A stretch of 46,221 nt of DNA, taken from Gammaproteobacteria bacterium (GTDB lineage Bacteria; Pseudomonadota; Gammaproteobacteria; Steroidobacterales; MnTg04). Location: positions 1-46,221 of the forward strand of contig JAPUGL010000057.1 of the NCBI GenBank assembly GCA_027292775.1, in the 5' to 3' direction. This document shows positions 20,225-30,419 of this stretch, piece after piece. A program made the position numbers and the translations under genes. How positions within the stretch are numbered: position 1 is the first letter of the stretch; the number at the start of each line of letters is the position of its first letter. Below the pieces are notes generated by a model that made no database searches, was not told the DNA's origin, and saw nothing but the letters and a program-made list of their open reading frames with translations.

Positions 20225-21643
20225 ATGGATACAGAAAAAATCAGCCAGTTCGTCAACGGCCTGTGGGACGACTCGATCATCCCCGAACTGCGTGAATATA
20301 TAAAAATTCCCTGCAAGTCGCCGGCCTTCGATGCCGACTGGGAAAAACACGGCTACCTGGACGATGCTGTCGCCCTGATGGAAAAATGGGTGCGCGCACA
20401 GCCAATCAAGGGTATGGAAGTCGAAGTGGTTCGGCTTGAAGGCCGCACACCCCTGATTTTTTGTGATATTCCGGGAGACTCGGACGACGTGGTCCTGTTG
20501 TACGGTCACCTGGACAAGCAGCCCGAAACGACGGGCTGGAAAGACGGCCTGGAACCCTGGAAGCCGGTATTGCGGGATGGCAAGTTGTACGGGCGCGGTG
20601 GAGCCGACGATGGCTACGCCGTGTTCGGGTCGCTGACCGCGATCCGCGCCCTGCAGGAGCAGGGAATTCCGCACGCCCACTGTAAGGTCATTATAGAAGG
20701 CTGCGAAGAAAGTGGAAGTTTCGACCTGCCCTATTATATCGATGTGTTGCGGCCAAAACTGGGCCACCCCAGCCTGGTTGTCTGCCTAGATGCGGAGTGT
20801 GGTAATTACGATCAGCTGTGGTGCACGACTTCATTGCGCGGCAACCTGATCGCAACGATAACCGTCGATGTGCTGACTGAAAGCGTCCATTCGGGAGCCT
20901 CGAGCGGAATTTGTGCATCGAGTTTCCGGGTGATCCGCAGTTTGCTCGACCGCGTCGAAAACAGTGAAACCGGTCAGATTCTGGTCGATGAATTGCATGC
21001 CGACATTCCGGAACAAAGAATCGAGCAGGCCAAAAAGGCAGTGAGCATACTGGGCGATATGATTCACCGGAAACTACCGTTTTTCGGTGACACGCGACCG
21101 ATTGTCGATGACCTGGTCGAACTGCAGCTCAATAATACCTGGCGGCCAACGCTCAGCGTGACCGGCATGGACCGCATCCCCTCGGTAGCCGATGCCGGCA
21201 ATGTCCTGCGCCAGGGAACCACCGTCAAGGTTTCGTTTCGATTGCCGCCGACGGTGGATGCGAAAGTCGCAGGTGCCGCGCTGACCAGGATTCTCGAAGC
21301 CGATCCTCCCTACGGCGCATCGGTCAGTTTCTCGATTGATTCGGCGGAAAGCGGTTGGAACGCGCCGGAAGTTGCTGAATGGCTGGAAAATTCGATGCAA
21401 AAAGCGTCGAAAGAATATTTTAACGCCGATTCAATGTACATGGGTACCGGGGGAACTATTCCGTTTATGAGCATGCTCGGAAACGAATTCAGCGGAGTAC
21501 AGTTTCTGATTACCGGCCTGCTGGGGCCGCATTCAAACGCTCACGGACCCAACGAATTTTTGCATATCGAGACCGGTAAACGCCTGACTTCCTGTGTCAG
21601 CATGGTCCTGGCGGATCACTACCGGCACATGTCCGGCAATTAG
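20225..21643 (+). CDS. M20 family metallopeptidase (dipeptidase-like)
   Basis: YGHLDKQP, LYGRGGADDG, EGCEESGS, HSG, NAHGPNE; ATG at 20225 after AAGGA. Confidence 0.92.
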   Translation: MDTEKISQFVNGLWDDSIIPELREYIKIPCKSPAFDADWEKHGYLDDAVALMEKWVRAQPIKGMEVEVVRLEGRTPLIFCDIPGDSDDVVLLYGHLDKQPETTGWKDGLEPWKPVLRDGKLYGRGGADDGYAVFGSLTAIRALQEQGIPHAHCKVIIEGCEESGSFDLPYYIDVLRPKLGHPSLVVCLDAECGNYDQLWCTTSLRGNLIATITVDVLTESVHSGASSGICASSFRVIRSLLDRVENSETGQILVDELHADIPEQRIEQAKKAVSILGDMIHRKLPFFGDTRPIVDDLVELQLNNTWRPTLSVTGMDRIPSVADAGNVLRQGTTVKVSFRLPPTVDAKVAGAALTRILEADPPYGASVSFSIDSAESGWNAPEVAEWLENSMQKASKEYFNADSMYMGTGGTIPFMSMLGNEFSGVQFLITGLLGPHSNAHGPNEFLHIETGKRLTSCVSMVLADHYRHMSGN

Positions 21644-21644
21644 C

Positions 21645-21677
21645 GTTAGCCTGCTGGCGGGATTTGGCAGTGCTAAC
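21645..21677. terminator. Hairpin between the convergent M20 peptidase and NERD genes
   Basis: gttagc-ctgctgg...ttggcag-t-gctaac stem with G-U pairs; no U-tract. Confidence 0.3.
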
Positions 21678-21683
21678 CTGGAG

Positions 21684-22262
21684 TCACTGTTCTTTAGCCG
21701 CTCGCAGGGCCGAGTGAATCTTTTGCCAATATGGCAGGAACGCATCGAGCAGCTTGTCGTCGCCATTTTTTGAAGCCGGCGCATATTTTTCCTCCAGCTG
21801 ACTGACCGTCAACACATGGCTGGGGGTTCCCCTGGTAAATTCGCTGCTGTCGGTGAATACAACAAAACCCGAGACCGGCACGCCTTCGGCCAGCGCACGT
21901 ACGGCCGCCAGCCTGTCGAAAAGGGCCTCCTGCGGGTTTTTCATTCCATAACGCCCGGTCGGTCCCATTACAGCCCACTCATCCATTCGATCGCCTCCAA
22001 ACACGGTACCGGGCGCATTTCGCATATCCAGTACGAGGATTCCCTTGCTGGTCAACAACAGATAATCAAGCTGAATCTGGCCACCCATGCCATCCGGAAT
22101 CATCAGGTCACGATCGGATTCCTTGGCAACCCGCTGCAAAATCCTTTCGAAGTGATACCAGGGTTTTTTGCGTCGCCTCCAGGAGACGAGGCCGCCTGTC
22201 GCGAGTATGGCAATGCTGACAAATACCGCTGCCACCGAATACCCATGTCCTATAAATTCCAT
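21684..22262 (-). CDS. Membrane-anchored NERD (nuclease-related domain) protein
   Basis: N-terminal TM followed by RRRKK; QLDYLLLTSKGILVLD.RN..G...G.....W........NP pattern. Confidence 0.75.
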   Translation of the reverse strand: MEFIGHGYSVAAVFVSIAILATGGLVSWRRRKKPWYHFERILQRVAKESDRDLMIPDGMGGQIQLDYLLLTSKGILVLDMRNAPGTVFGGDRMDEWAVMGPTGRYGMKNPQEALFDRLAAVRALAEGVPVSGFVVFTDSSEFTRGTPSHVLTVSQLEEKYAPASKNGDDKLLDAFLPYWQKIHSALRAAKEQ

Positions 22263-22285
22263 TAGTGATTTATTACTTATTGATA

Positions 22286-23236
22286 TTAAAAATTATTGTC
22301 GTTTTCCAGTAGCCTGACGCCCGGCGCATCGATAGCCGATATATAGGCTTTCGATGCCAGACCTGATCGGTCAAATGCTGACTGCATCGCAGTCGCTATT
22401 GTCTCTGCATCAGAGCTCCTGCACCAGGCAAAAACGGATGGCCCACTCCCCGATAGCGAACAACCCAAGGCCGAACTGTTCATCGCCGCCTCTTGTACAT
22501 TAGCAAATCCGGGGATGCCGGAGGAGCGTTGGGGCTCGATGAGTACATCACGCAAGGACCGGGACAACAAGTCAATATCACCCAGGTGACACGCAGATAC
22601 GAATGCCGCCAGCAGGCCAGCTTGCTTCGTAGCTATGGCCAGCGGAAATTCTTCATTCAATTCGGCTCTGGATTGGCGAGTCTCTATGCTGCAGGCCGGA
22701 CAAACCAGGACACATTGCAGATCGTTTGGAACCGGCAATGCTATCGGTGTTCCTCCATCCGGATGCGCGAGACGCAAACCACCAAGCAACTGCGGCGCGA
22801 CATTGTCGATCGGTGCCGCACCCGTTGCGGCGGCCTCTCCTGCCAGAGCGAATGGCAATAAGTCCTCGATCTCCAGTGGTTCATCCAACAGCTTATTCGC
22901 GGCAAAAACGGCGGCTACGGCGCACGCACCCGAGCCCCCCATGCCGGACCCCAACGGTATGCCTTTTCTGATCCTCAACGAAAAACCGGCATCCAGACCG
23001 AGATGCTCCCTCATCGCTATCAGCGCTGCGCCCGCCGAATTTTCTTCTGCCATCATTGGCAGGTCGCTAGCAACGCCAGTGATCTCTTCGATCAAAACCT
23101 TGCCGTGACTCGCATGCCGAATCGACACTATATCTCCCGGTTCGTCGATCGCATGGCCCAGTAAATCGAAACCAACCGCAACATTGCCTATCGCCGCCGG
23201 AGCGTAGGCAACAGCCATGTCGCGTTTCAATTCCAC
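22286..23236 (-). CDS. thrB: Homoserine kinase (GHMP family)
   Basis: APAAIGNVAVGFDLLG, KGIPLGSGMGGSGA (GHMP motif), DNVAP, DVLIEPQR, SGSGPS. Confidence 0.85.
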   Translation of the reverse strand: MELKRDMAVAYAPAAIGNVAVGFDLLGHAIDEPGDIVSIRHASHGKVLIEEITGVASDLPMMAEENSAGAALIAMREHLGLDAGFSLRIRKGIPLGSGMGGSGACAVAAVFAANKLLDEPLEIEDLLPFALAGEAAATGAAPIDNVAPQLLGGLRLAHPDGGTPIALPVPNDLQCVLVCPACSIETRQSRAELNEEFPLAIATKQAGLLAAFVSACHLGDIDLLSRSLRDVLIEPQRSSGIPGFANVQEAAMNSSALGCSLSGSGPSVFAWCRSSDAETIATAMQSAFDRSGLASKAYISAIDAPGVRLLENDNNF

Positions 23237-23967
23237 AATCGGTTTTCCTGTCCGCGATCGTGAGTCGTGCCGATCGCAACGTCGACCAGCCGGTCCAGGA
23301 TTTTTTTCATGACTTCATTGGCGCGGGCGAATTTTTCGACTGGCGACAACATTTGCTGCCTGGTCTGGATGTAGGCGGCGTCTACGAGCTGGTCCTCGTC
23401 ACGTCGGGCGAGCTTGTCCACCCAACCCGGTGTCGCCTCGAGGTGAAATTGTAAACCCAGCACGCGGTCTCCGTATTGAAAGGCCTGCTCATTACACGCG
23501 TCGCTGTACGCCAATCTGACCGCTCCCGAGGGTAGGTCGTAACGGTCACCGTGCCAGTGAAACGCGGTCAACTTGTTCGGCAGTAATCCGCCGAGCAGGC
23601 TTTGCTCTGCTTCGGTCGTTAGCTCGATGTCGAACCAGCCGATCTCTTTTTCTCCATTGGCCTCGACGGAGCCGCCCAATTCGGCAGCAATCAGCTGGGC
23701 GCCAAGACAGATGCCCAGCACGACTTTGCCACTGTCTATCGCCTGTCGAATCATGCGTCTTTCCTGGAGTATCCATGGCCAGCGGTCTTCAAGATAAACA
23801 CTCATCGGACCACCCAGAATTATCAGCAGATCGAAATCGTCAGGCACCGGAAAATCTTCCTTCAGGTCCAGCCGGGTCGTCGAACAGTGATACCCGCGCG
23901 AAGCAGCCCATTCGGGGATGCAGGCGGGCCCTTCATACTCCACATGTTGCAGGCAATGAATTTTCAT
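23227..23967 (-). CDS. Class I glutamine amidotransferase-like protein
   Basis: QHVEYEGP, LGGPMSV, GICLGAQL (Cys), EIGW, WHGD, GLQFHLE (His-Glu). Confidence 0.92.
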   Translation of the reverse strand: MKIHCLQHVEYEGPACIPEWAASRGYHCSTTRLDLKEDFPVPDDFDLLIILGGPMSVYLEDRWPWILQERRMIRQAIDSGKVVLGICLGAQLIAAELGGSVEANGEKEIGWFDIELTTEAEQSLLGGLLPNKLTAFHWHGDRYDLPSGAVRLAYSDACNEQAFQYGDRVLGLQFHLEATPGWVDKLARRDEDQLVDAAYIQTRQQMLSPVEKFARANEVMKKILDRLVDVAIGTTHDRGQENRLWN

Positions 23968-24050
23968 ATCGGAAATCTCACTGTATGCAGTCTATGCAAA
24001 GACCCGGGTCGGGTACAGGCGGCGCTGAAACAATGCTTGAACGAGGAAAA

Positions 24051-24126
24051 TGGTGGGGCGTATAGGATTCGAACCTATGACCAGCGGGTTAAAAGCCCGA
24101 TGCTCTACCAACTGAGCTAACGCCCC
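24051..24126 (-). tRNA. tRNA-Lys (UUU)
   Basis: GGGGCGTTAGCTCAGTTGGTAGAGCATCGGG-CTTTTAA-CCCGCTGGTCATAGGTTCGAATCCTATACGCCCCACCA; 76 nt, encoded CCA. Confidence 0.97.
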
Positions 24127-24215
24127 ATTGCAAAGAACCTGCGAGGAGGCGGCATGATACCGATTTGCCGCCAAATCGCAAGCTCGCCCATGCGTATGCG
24201 GCGGCCGGAAAACGT

Positions 24216-24899
24216 TCAGACATACGTTGTCACGTCAGCAATTCCGGCCGCCTCAAAACCCGCCCGGCGAAAGCGGCAGGAATCGCAAACGCCGCAGGCG
24301 CGACCCTGACTATCCGCCTGATAACACGAAACGGTCATCGAGTAATCGACCCCCAGTTCGACCCCCGTCTTGATGATCCGGGATTTATCCATCGCCATCA
24401 ACGGCGTCTGTATCCGCATTCGCTGACCTTCCACCGCCGCCTTTGTTGCAACATTTGACAGTACTTCGAATGCATCGATAAATTCGGGTCGGCAATCCGG
24501 ATAACCGGAGTAATCCACGGCATTGACGCCGATAAAAATATTACTGGCGCCAATCACTTCGGCATAACCCAGTGCCAACGCCAGAAACACGGTGTTGCGT
24601 GCCGGGACATAAGTGACCGGTATCCCCTGTTGAGGAGTCTCAGGTACTGCGATATCCGTATCGGTCAGTGCAGAACCGCTGGGGCCGCCGCTGTCGATCT
24701 TCATGACCCGGTGTTCGGACACTTCGAAAAACTCCGCTATGTTCCCAGCTGCAGTCAGTTCGCTCTGATGTCGTTGCTGGTAGTCGAAACTCAGCGCATA
24801 GCAGTCAAAACCCTGGTCTTTCGCGATAGCTAGCATCGTTGCGGAATCCAGCCCGCCGGAGACCAGCACAACGGCTTTTCTTGTGTTCTCGTTGCTCAA
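24216..24899 (-). CDS. queC: 7-cyano-7-deazaguanine synthase
   Basis: [25 protein letters not shown]...CGVCDSC; probable TTG start overlapping the queE stop. Confidence 0.96.
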   Translation of the reverse strand: MSNENTRKAVVLVSGGLDSATMLAIAKDQGFDCYALSFDYQQRHQSELTAAGNIAEFFEVSEHRVMKIDSGGPSGSALTDTDIAVPETPQQGIPVTYVPARNTVFLALALGYAEVIGASNIFIGVNAVDYSGYPDCRPEFIDAFEVLSNVATKAAVEGQRMRIQTPLMAMDKSRIIKTGVELGVDYSMTVSCYQADSQGRACGVCDSCRFRRAGFEAAGIADVTTYV

Positions 24900-25570
24900 T
24901 GCCCCGGGTCCGTTCCCCAAAGGTATTTGTGCAACTGCAACTGTAAACGGACCGGCAATCTTTCCTGCAAAATCCAGTCAGCAATATCCACTGGCTTGAT
25001 CTGCTCATAGCTGGGTGAAAACCAGACCGTGCAAATACCGTCCAGACGCCGCTGTCGCACCTGCTCTCCCGCCCATTCGAAATCCGCCCGGTCACAAATC
25101 ACGAATTTGATCTGATCGTCTTTCGACAGCAGGCGCAGGTTTTCCCAGAGATTTCGATTCACCTCGCCGGAGCCGGGCGTTTTCAGATCCATCACCTTGA
25201 TCACGCGCGAATCAACAACCGACAGGTCGGCAGCTCCACTGGTCTCCAGCGAGACCCGATAACCGTCGTCGCACAAATCGCGCAATAGACCGGCGCAATT
25301 TTTTTGAGCCAGCGGTTCGCCACCGGTGACGCAAACATGCCGGCAGCGGTACTCCCGGGTTTTCTCCAGGATGGAATCGAAAGCCATCCACCGGCCACCG
25401 TGAAATGCGAAAGCGGTGTCACAATACTGACATCGCAGCGGACAGCCGGTCAGGCGAATAAAAACGGTTGGCACACCGGTAGTGTCCGCCTCGCCTTGCA
25501 GTGAGTAAAAAATTTCCGTTATCCGGAGTCGCGTATCCGGAGCCAGATCATCCCTTGCTGTTTCAGCCAT
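24896..25570 (-). CDS. queE: 7-carboxy-7-deazaguanine synthase (radical SAM)
   Basis: [35 protein letters not shown]. Confidence 0.96.
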   Translation of the reverse strand: MAETARDDLAPDTRLRITEIFYSLQGEADTTGVPTVFIRLTGCPLRCQYCDTAFAFHGGRWMAFDSILEKTREYRCRHVCVTGGEPLAQKNCAGLLRDLCDDGYRVSLETSGAADLSVVDSRVIKVMDLKTPGSGEVNRNLWENLRLLSKDDQIKFVICDRADFEWAGEQVRQRRLDGICTVWFSPSYEQIKPVDIADWILQERLPVRLQLQLHKYLWGTDPGH

Positions 25571-25691
25571 CACAGATTGGCCCGTATGTTTCTTTTTCTA
25601 CAGTCTACCAGGAGATAATTGATCTTAAAAATCAGGATGATAGAGACTTATATTAAAGTGATATATTGGTTCGGTTTTTTTGGCTTCCGGG

Positions 25692-26489
25692 TCAGTGGCC
25701 CTCGCCAGTCATTTGCTCCATGCGCCGTTGCGCCAGGTGTGCAGCGGTCGTATCCGGGTATTCATTGGTAACACGGGTCAACGCCGCCCTGGCCGCATCC
25801 CAGTAGCCGAGTTCATAATCGCAATAGCCGATCTTGAGCAGGGCGTCCGGGACCTTTTGCGATCGTGGGTAAATCGATACGACATTCTGAAAAGCGGCCA
25901 GCGCTTCGGAGAATTTTCGAGTGACGTAGAAAGTCTCCCCATACCAATACTGGGCATTGTCGGAAAACTGGCTATCTGGATACTGTCCGAGAAACTGTTC
26001 GAATTGTACGGACGCGTCCTGATAGTGGCCTTCTCTAAGCAACGCTATGGCGGCCTGGTACGCGTCACGATCATTGATTTCCTGGTTGTCCGAACCAGAG
26101 ATGCTCGTCGCAGTCGGTGTTGTGACCGTAGGTGACGGGGACACAGCCGGTCGTCGGCTTCGCCTGCTTGTCGCACTTGCGGAACTTTCCAGCTTCTGCA
26201 GCCGACCATCAACATCAATATAGAGATTGCGCTGGCGTTGACTGGTGCCATCGAGATCATGCTGTACTTCTTCCACCGAACCGCGCAGCTCCCTCATATC
26301 ACCTTCAAGACCCTGTACCTGACCTACCATCCCGGCTTGGTTTCGAACCGCCTGTTCGATACGGTTGAGGCGTGCTTCCAACTGATCCAGCCTGATTATC
26401 ACCGGGTCTTCCGGACCGGGCATGGTCGCACATGCGCCGATCATCAGCGCCAGCAAGACCGTGCTACAGCCACGAATTCGTTGGTCCAT
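25692..26489 (-). CDS. cpoB: Tol-Pal system protein CpoB/YbgF
   Basis: Coiled-coil (ELRGSVEE...QRNLY.D.D.RL) plus TPR (NAQYWYGE, KVPDALLKIG); follows pal. Confidence 0.93.
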   Translation of the reverse strand: MDQRIRGCSTVLLALMIGACATMPGPEDPVIIRLDQLEARLNRIEQAVRNQAGMVGQVQGLEGDMRELRGSVEEVQHDLDGTSQRQRNLYIDVDGRLQKLESSASATSRRSRRPAVSPSPTVTTPTATSISGSDNQEINDRDAYQAAIALLREGHYQDASVQFEQFLGQYPDSQFSDNAQYWYGETFYVTRKFSEALAAFQNVVSIYPRSQKVPDALLKIGYCDYELGYWDAARAALTRVTNEYPDTTAAHLAQRRMEQMTGEGH

Positions 26490-27022
26490 CAGTAAACGAT
26501 CTCCACCCTTCTGTTCATGGTGTAAGCAGCCTCATTGCTTGCTTCCCGCGCCGGCCTTTCCTCACCAAAACTTACGGTCGTAATCTGGCTCGATGACACT
26601 CCCTGGATCATCAGGACCTGACGGACCGCCTGCGCACGCCTTTCTCCCAGACCAATATTGTACTCCCGCGTCCCTCTTTCGTCGGTATGTCCCTCCAGCC
26701 TTACCCGAATCTGTGAATTATCCGCAACGTACAAGGCATGTTGAGTCAGGACATTGCTGTACTTGCCAAGGATTTCGGATTTGTCGAACTCAAAATAAAT
26801 GACGACGTCTTGCGGTCTGCCGTCATCACGGCCATCGCTGCCGAATTCGTCAAGCTGGCCACTCGACCGGTCGCCCATTCCCGCCTGACTGCTGCCGGGT
26901 CCGTCCTGGCCGCTCGTGTCCGGTGAATCGCCTGGTCGGGTGGTTGCCTGTCCGCCACAGGCGGCCAGGAAAAGACCGAGGGTCAATAGAATACTGATTC
27001 TGATCGCTTTGGATACCTGCAT
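26489..27022 (-). CDS. pal: Peptidoglycan-associated lipoprotein
   Basis: Lipobox FLAA|C; IYFEFDK, EGHTDERGTREYNIGLGERRA, NRRVEI. Confidence 0.97.
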   Translation of the reverse strand: MQVSKAIRISILLTLGLFLAACGGQATTRPGDSPDTSGQDGPGSSQAGMGDRSSGQLDEFGSDGRDDGRPQDVVIYFEFDKSEILGKYSNVLTQHALYVADNSQIRVRLEGHTDERGTREYNIGLGERRAQAVRQVLMIQGVSSSQITTVSFGEERPAREASNEAAYTMNRRVEIVY

Positions 27023-27105
27023 TGTTACGCTTCCTCTATGTGAATTCCTGTGACTCAGACAAAACTCAGTCCGGGGCGTTCCCCGCCACGCATAGTTTAG
27101 CCTAT

Positions 27106-28413
27106 TTAAAAATCGGGATATGGCGACCAGGCCGGTTCGCGAACATCACCCTCCTGGGCGGCAATTCTGCGTTGTACGCGGCCGTCGATGGACACGGTTG
27201 CCAAAACGCCACGCCCGTTGACCCGCGTCGCATAAATAATAGTTTCCCCGTTGGGGGCAAAACTGGGCGACTCGTCCAGTTGGCCCCCAGTCAATACCAG
27301 GAGATTACCGTTATCGGGATTGACCCGGGCAATTCGAAACGCGCCCTGGTCATTGTGAACAACGGCCATTTCCTCGCCGTTAGGGGTGAGCCGTGAACGC
27401 CCGTTGTAACTCCCTTCATAGGTGACGCGGCGCTTGTTGCCGCCATCGACATCGGCCCTGTAGATCTGGGGGCCGCCGCTGCGATCCGAAGTGAAAAATA
27501 TTTTCGATCCGTCGGTACTCCAGGTCGCATCGGTATCGATAGCCGGGTTACGCGTAATCCTGGTCAAGACCTGGTTGGCCAGGTTCAGCACATAAATATC
27601 CAGGTTTCCTGGATCGCGTGACAGAGTCAGCGCCAATTTTCGTCCATCCGGCGAAAAAGCCGGCGCACCGTTGACCCCCTCGCGTGCCGATACCCTGATT
27701 CGCTCGCCGGTGCTGAGTTCCTGTATATAGATGGCCGATTTGTTGCTCTCGAAGGAAACATAAGCGATCCGGTCACCATCGGGCGACCAGGCTGGAGACA
27801 TCAGTGGCTCCGGCGATTCCAGAATAATATTGTGGTTCGAGCCATCGGCATCGGCAATAACCAGCCGGTATCGTTTCGCCGGGCCTTGCCCCTGAACCGT
27901 GATAAAGGCGATCCTGGTAGCGAATGCACCCTTGATACCGGTCAGCTTTTCATAGATCAGGTCGCTGATCCGATGCGCGGCCGCACGCAATCCAGTGCTG
28001 GTACTCGACAGGCGGAATCCAAGCAGCTTTTGCTGATTGAACAGATCGAACAACTCGAACTGGATCACATAGTTGCCGCCGCTTTGCGGCAATAGCCGGC
28101 CGACCAGGATGGTCTCAAGTCCCAGCAGGCGCCAGTCCTCGAAATCGATACCCTGTTCATCGACCGGCCGTTCCAGCATGTCGCGTGTATCCATCGGGTC
28201 GAAACGCCCGCTGTTGGCCAGGTCTGCGGCGATAATGGCCGACACATCCAGTGGCGGCCTGACCAGCCCACCCTGCCATTCGAACGGTACGACAGCGATT
28301 GGCAGCGCCTGGTCGACGCCTTCGGTAATTTCAATGGTTAACTGGGCCACGGCCGGGACAGCGAATCCGGATAAAAAAGCCGCGCCAAGTAAATAAACAA
28401 AAAGCTTTTTCAA
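27106..28413 (-). CDS. tolB: Tol-Pal beta-propeller protein TolB
   Basis: PIAVVPF, AHRISD.IYEKLTG..G.F.TRIA, PD40 repeats (SPAWSPDG, APAFSPDG), EPAWSP end. Confidence 0.97.
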   Translation of the reverse strand: MKKLFVYLLGAAFLSGFAVPAVAQLTIEITEGVDQALPIAVVPFEWQGGLVRPPLDVSAIIAADLANSGRFDPMDTRDMLERPVDEQGIDFEDWRLLGLETILVGRLLPQSGGNYVIQFELFDLFNQQKLLGFRLSSTSTGLRAAAHRISDLIYEKLTGIKGAFATRIAFITVQGQGPAKRYRLVIADADGSNHNIILESPEPLMSPAWSPDGDRIAYVSFESNKSAIYIQELSTGERIRVSAREGVNGAPAFSPDGRKLALTLSRDPGNLDIYVLNLANQVLTRITRNPAIDTDATWSTDGSKIFFTSDRSGGPQIYRADVDGGNKRRVTYEGSYNGRSRLTPNGEEMAVVHNDQGAFRIARVNPDNGNLLVLTGGQLDESPSFAPNGETIIYATRVNGRGVLATVSIDGRVQRRIAAQEGDVREPAWSPYPDF

Positions 28414-28425
28414 AGCGCGACTCCG

Positions 28426-29271
28426 TTAGTTTTCAGGCTTGAAATTAAAGATGATATTTCTTTCGAACAGGTTCGGGTCGGGCGGCTCGGGCAACGGCGA
28501 TGCCTTGAAAACAGCCGCCTCGATCGAACGACGGGTTACTTCGTCGGCATTGCATTCCGCGATGCGAACATCGATTACCTCGCCACCCGGAATCTGGCTG
28601 ATATTCACCGTGCACTCGACCCCGGCGCCGGCGCTCGGTGGCCGAATCCAGTTACGCCGAACCTTTTGTTCAATCATCGCCTTGTAAAGGTCCAGCAGAC
28701 CGGCCTCTTCTGCATTCAGTCTGGACTGTTCCAAATCCAGCTCTGCCTGGAGATCCGTCTCGATTTGTGCCTGTATCCGTGCATCGGTCTCGGCCTGTGC
28801 CCTTTGGCGTGCTTTCTCGGCCTCCTCCTGCTCTTCGCGTATGCGCGCCAGGCGGATTTGCTCCGCGCTCCGTTTCTCTTCCAGGACCTTCAGCTCTCGC
28901 GCTGACCTGGCCTCCGCCTCGTCGCGTCGCCGCTTGTCTGCCGCCGCACGTTTTTGTTCGCTCAGCAGGTCCTGACGGCGCTTATCCTCAGCCGCTTTCG
29001 TCCGGCGCTCTTCTTGCTGTCTTTGCCGCCGAGCTTCCTCGAGCTTCGCGTCCGCCTGACGTTGCACTTCCTGTTCAGCTTCCTCCAGCGCGGCGATTTC
29101 CTGCTGTATTCGTTGCTCGTCCACCACTGTCGCCTTTATCGTGATCTGTGGCGGCGGCGGGGTGAATGCAGCGCCACGCGCAAGGCTAAGGCTAAGCAAT
29201 CCGAACAACACGAGGTGCAAGCCGACTGACTTGATTAAGGCACCACGATATTCGCGATAAAAGCCAAACAT
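28426..29271 (-). CDS. tolA: Cell envelope integrity protein TolA
   Basis: TM with SVGLH (SHLS motif), E/R/A/Q-rich helix, C-terminal NW.RP...SIEAAV.KASPLP domain; located between tolR and tolB. Confidence 0.92.
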   Translation of the reverse strand: MFGFYREYRGALIKSVGLHLVLFGLLSLSLARGAAFTPPPPQITIKATVVDEQRIQQEIAALEEAEQEVQRQADAKLEEARRQRQQEERRTKAAEDKRRQDLLSEQKRAAADKRRRDEAEARSARELKVLEEKRSAEQIRLARIREEQEEAEKARQRAQAETDARIQAQIETDLQAELDLEQSRLNAEEAGLLDLYKAMIEQKVRRNWIRPPSAGAGVECTVNISQIPGGEVIDVRIAECNADEVTRRSIEAAVFKASPLPEPPDPNLFERNIIFNFKPEN

Positions 29272-29277
29272 TCGCTG

Positions 29278-29727
29278 TCACTCCCTCCTGACCGGGAGCT
29301 GTTCCAATGGGTCGGTGACAAATCCGACTTTTTCCGCACCGGCTTGTTGCAGCAGCACCATGGCTGTCACCACCCGCCCAAAAGCGACTGTCTCATCGGC
29401 CCGAACCAAAACAGGCGTTTCCGGCTGACGGCGCAGAACCGCCAGCGTTCGTGCGACTACCGTCGCCTCGTCGATGGCCTGGTCTTCATCCTTGCCAATA
29501 TTCATAAAGAGATCGCCACTGGCATTGATGCTCAAAATCAATGGCTGATGATCGCGTAACAGGTCGTCGGCCAGTGGTTCGGCCGCGGCATCAGGCAATT
29601 CCACTTCTATCCCCTGGGTTAGCAGCGGCGCCGTCACCATGAATATGATCAACAACACCAGCATGACATCGATATAGGGAACGACATTTATCTCGCCCAT
29701 CAGTTTTAGTTGCTTGTTTCTTACCAT
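29278..29727 (-). CDS. tolR: TolR
   Basis: EINVVPYIDVMLVLLIIFMVTAP. Confidence 0.96.
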   Translation of the reverse strand: MVRNKQLKLMGEINVVPYIDVMLVLLIIFMVTAPLLTQGIEVELPDAAAEPLADDLLRDHQPLILSINASGDLFMNIGKDEDQAIDEATVVARTLAVLRRQPETPVLVRADETVAFGRVVTAMVLLQQAGAEKVGFVTDPLEQLPVRRE

Positions 29728-29729
29728 GA

Positions 29730-30419
29730 TCAGCTCCCGGTTTTAGCGCGCGGCGCATGGCGTTGCAGTATTGATACGAACTCCTCGGCAAAAGTGTCGT
29801 AGCGGTTTTCGAGACGCAATACCTGATCGGCATATCGGTTATAGGCAATCACAGCAGGTATCGCGGCAAACAGACCCATGGCGGTCGCAACCAGTGCCTC
29901 CGCGATACCGGGTGCGACCATGGCAAGCGTCGCATGCTTGACGTTACCCAATTGAGTGAACGTGTTCATGATCCCCCAGACGGTTCCAAACAAGCCGACA
30001 TACGGGCTTGTTGAGCCGATCGTGGCGAGCATAGCCAGATTGCGTTCGAGACGGTCGACCTCGCGCATCTGGGAGACCCGCATCGCCCTTTGGCTGCCGT
30101 CTATCATCTTGGCCTGGTCGATTCCCGGTTCGGAGCGCAGTCGAACAAACTCGCGGAAACCGCCCTCGAAAATGCTTTCCATGCCCGTGGCCGCCTGTTT
30201 CCGCTTGTTGATCTTCTGATACATTGCAGTCAAGTCGCCCCCGGACCAGAACTGTTGCTCAAAGGAATCGGCCAGGCTGATCGCCAGGTTGAGCACGCGG
30301 CGTTTTTTCAGGATGACCGCCCATGATGCTATCGACGCGACCGCCAGCATCAGCAACACCAGCTGTACGATAACGCTCGCCTCGATGATCAGGCGCAGAA
30401 ATGATAAATCGCTGCTCAT
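29730..30419 (-). CDS. tolQ: TolQ
   Basis: FEQQFWSG, LATIGSTSPYVGLFGTVWGIM, VAPGIAEALVATAMGLFAAIPA. Confidence 0.97.
   Translation of the reverse strand: MSSDLSFLRLIIEASVIVQLVLLMLAVASIASWAVILKKRRVLNLAISLADSFEQQFWSGGDLTAMYQKINKRKQAATGMESIFEGGFREFVRLRSEPGIDQAKMIDGSQRAMRVSQMREVDRLERNLAMLATIGSTSPYVGLFGTVWGIMNTFTQLGNVKHATLAMVAPGIAEALVATAMGLFAAIPAVIAYNRYADQVLRLENRYDTFAEEFVSILQRHAPRAKTGS

Noticed and set aside
21684-24126. Genomic island integrated at tRNA-Lys
   Set aside because: No integrase and no duplicated tRNA 3' end were seen downstream
19364-25570. TatD + QueC (+QueE) as a QatABCD-like or Dpd DNA-modification defence system
   Set aside because: queE-queC are in their ordinary cpoB-queE-queC-tRNA-Lys context and look canonical; tatD is 4 kb away on the other strand; no QatA ATPase or dpdA is present
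27039-27060. TGTGA half-sites between tolB and pal as CRP boxes
   Set aside because: There is no TCACA half-site at the N6 spacing
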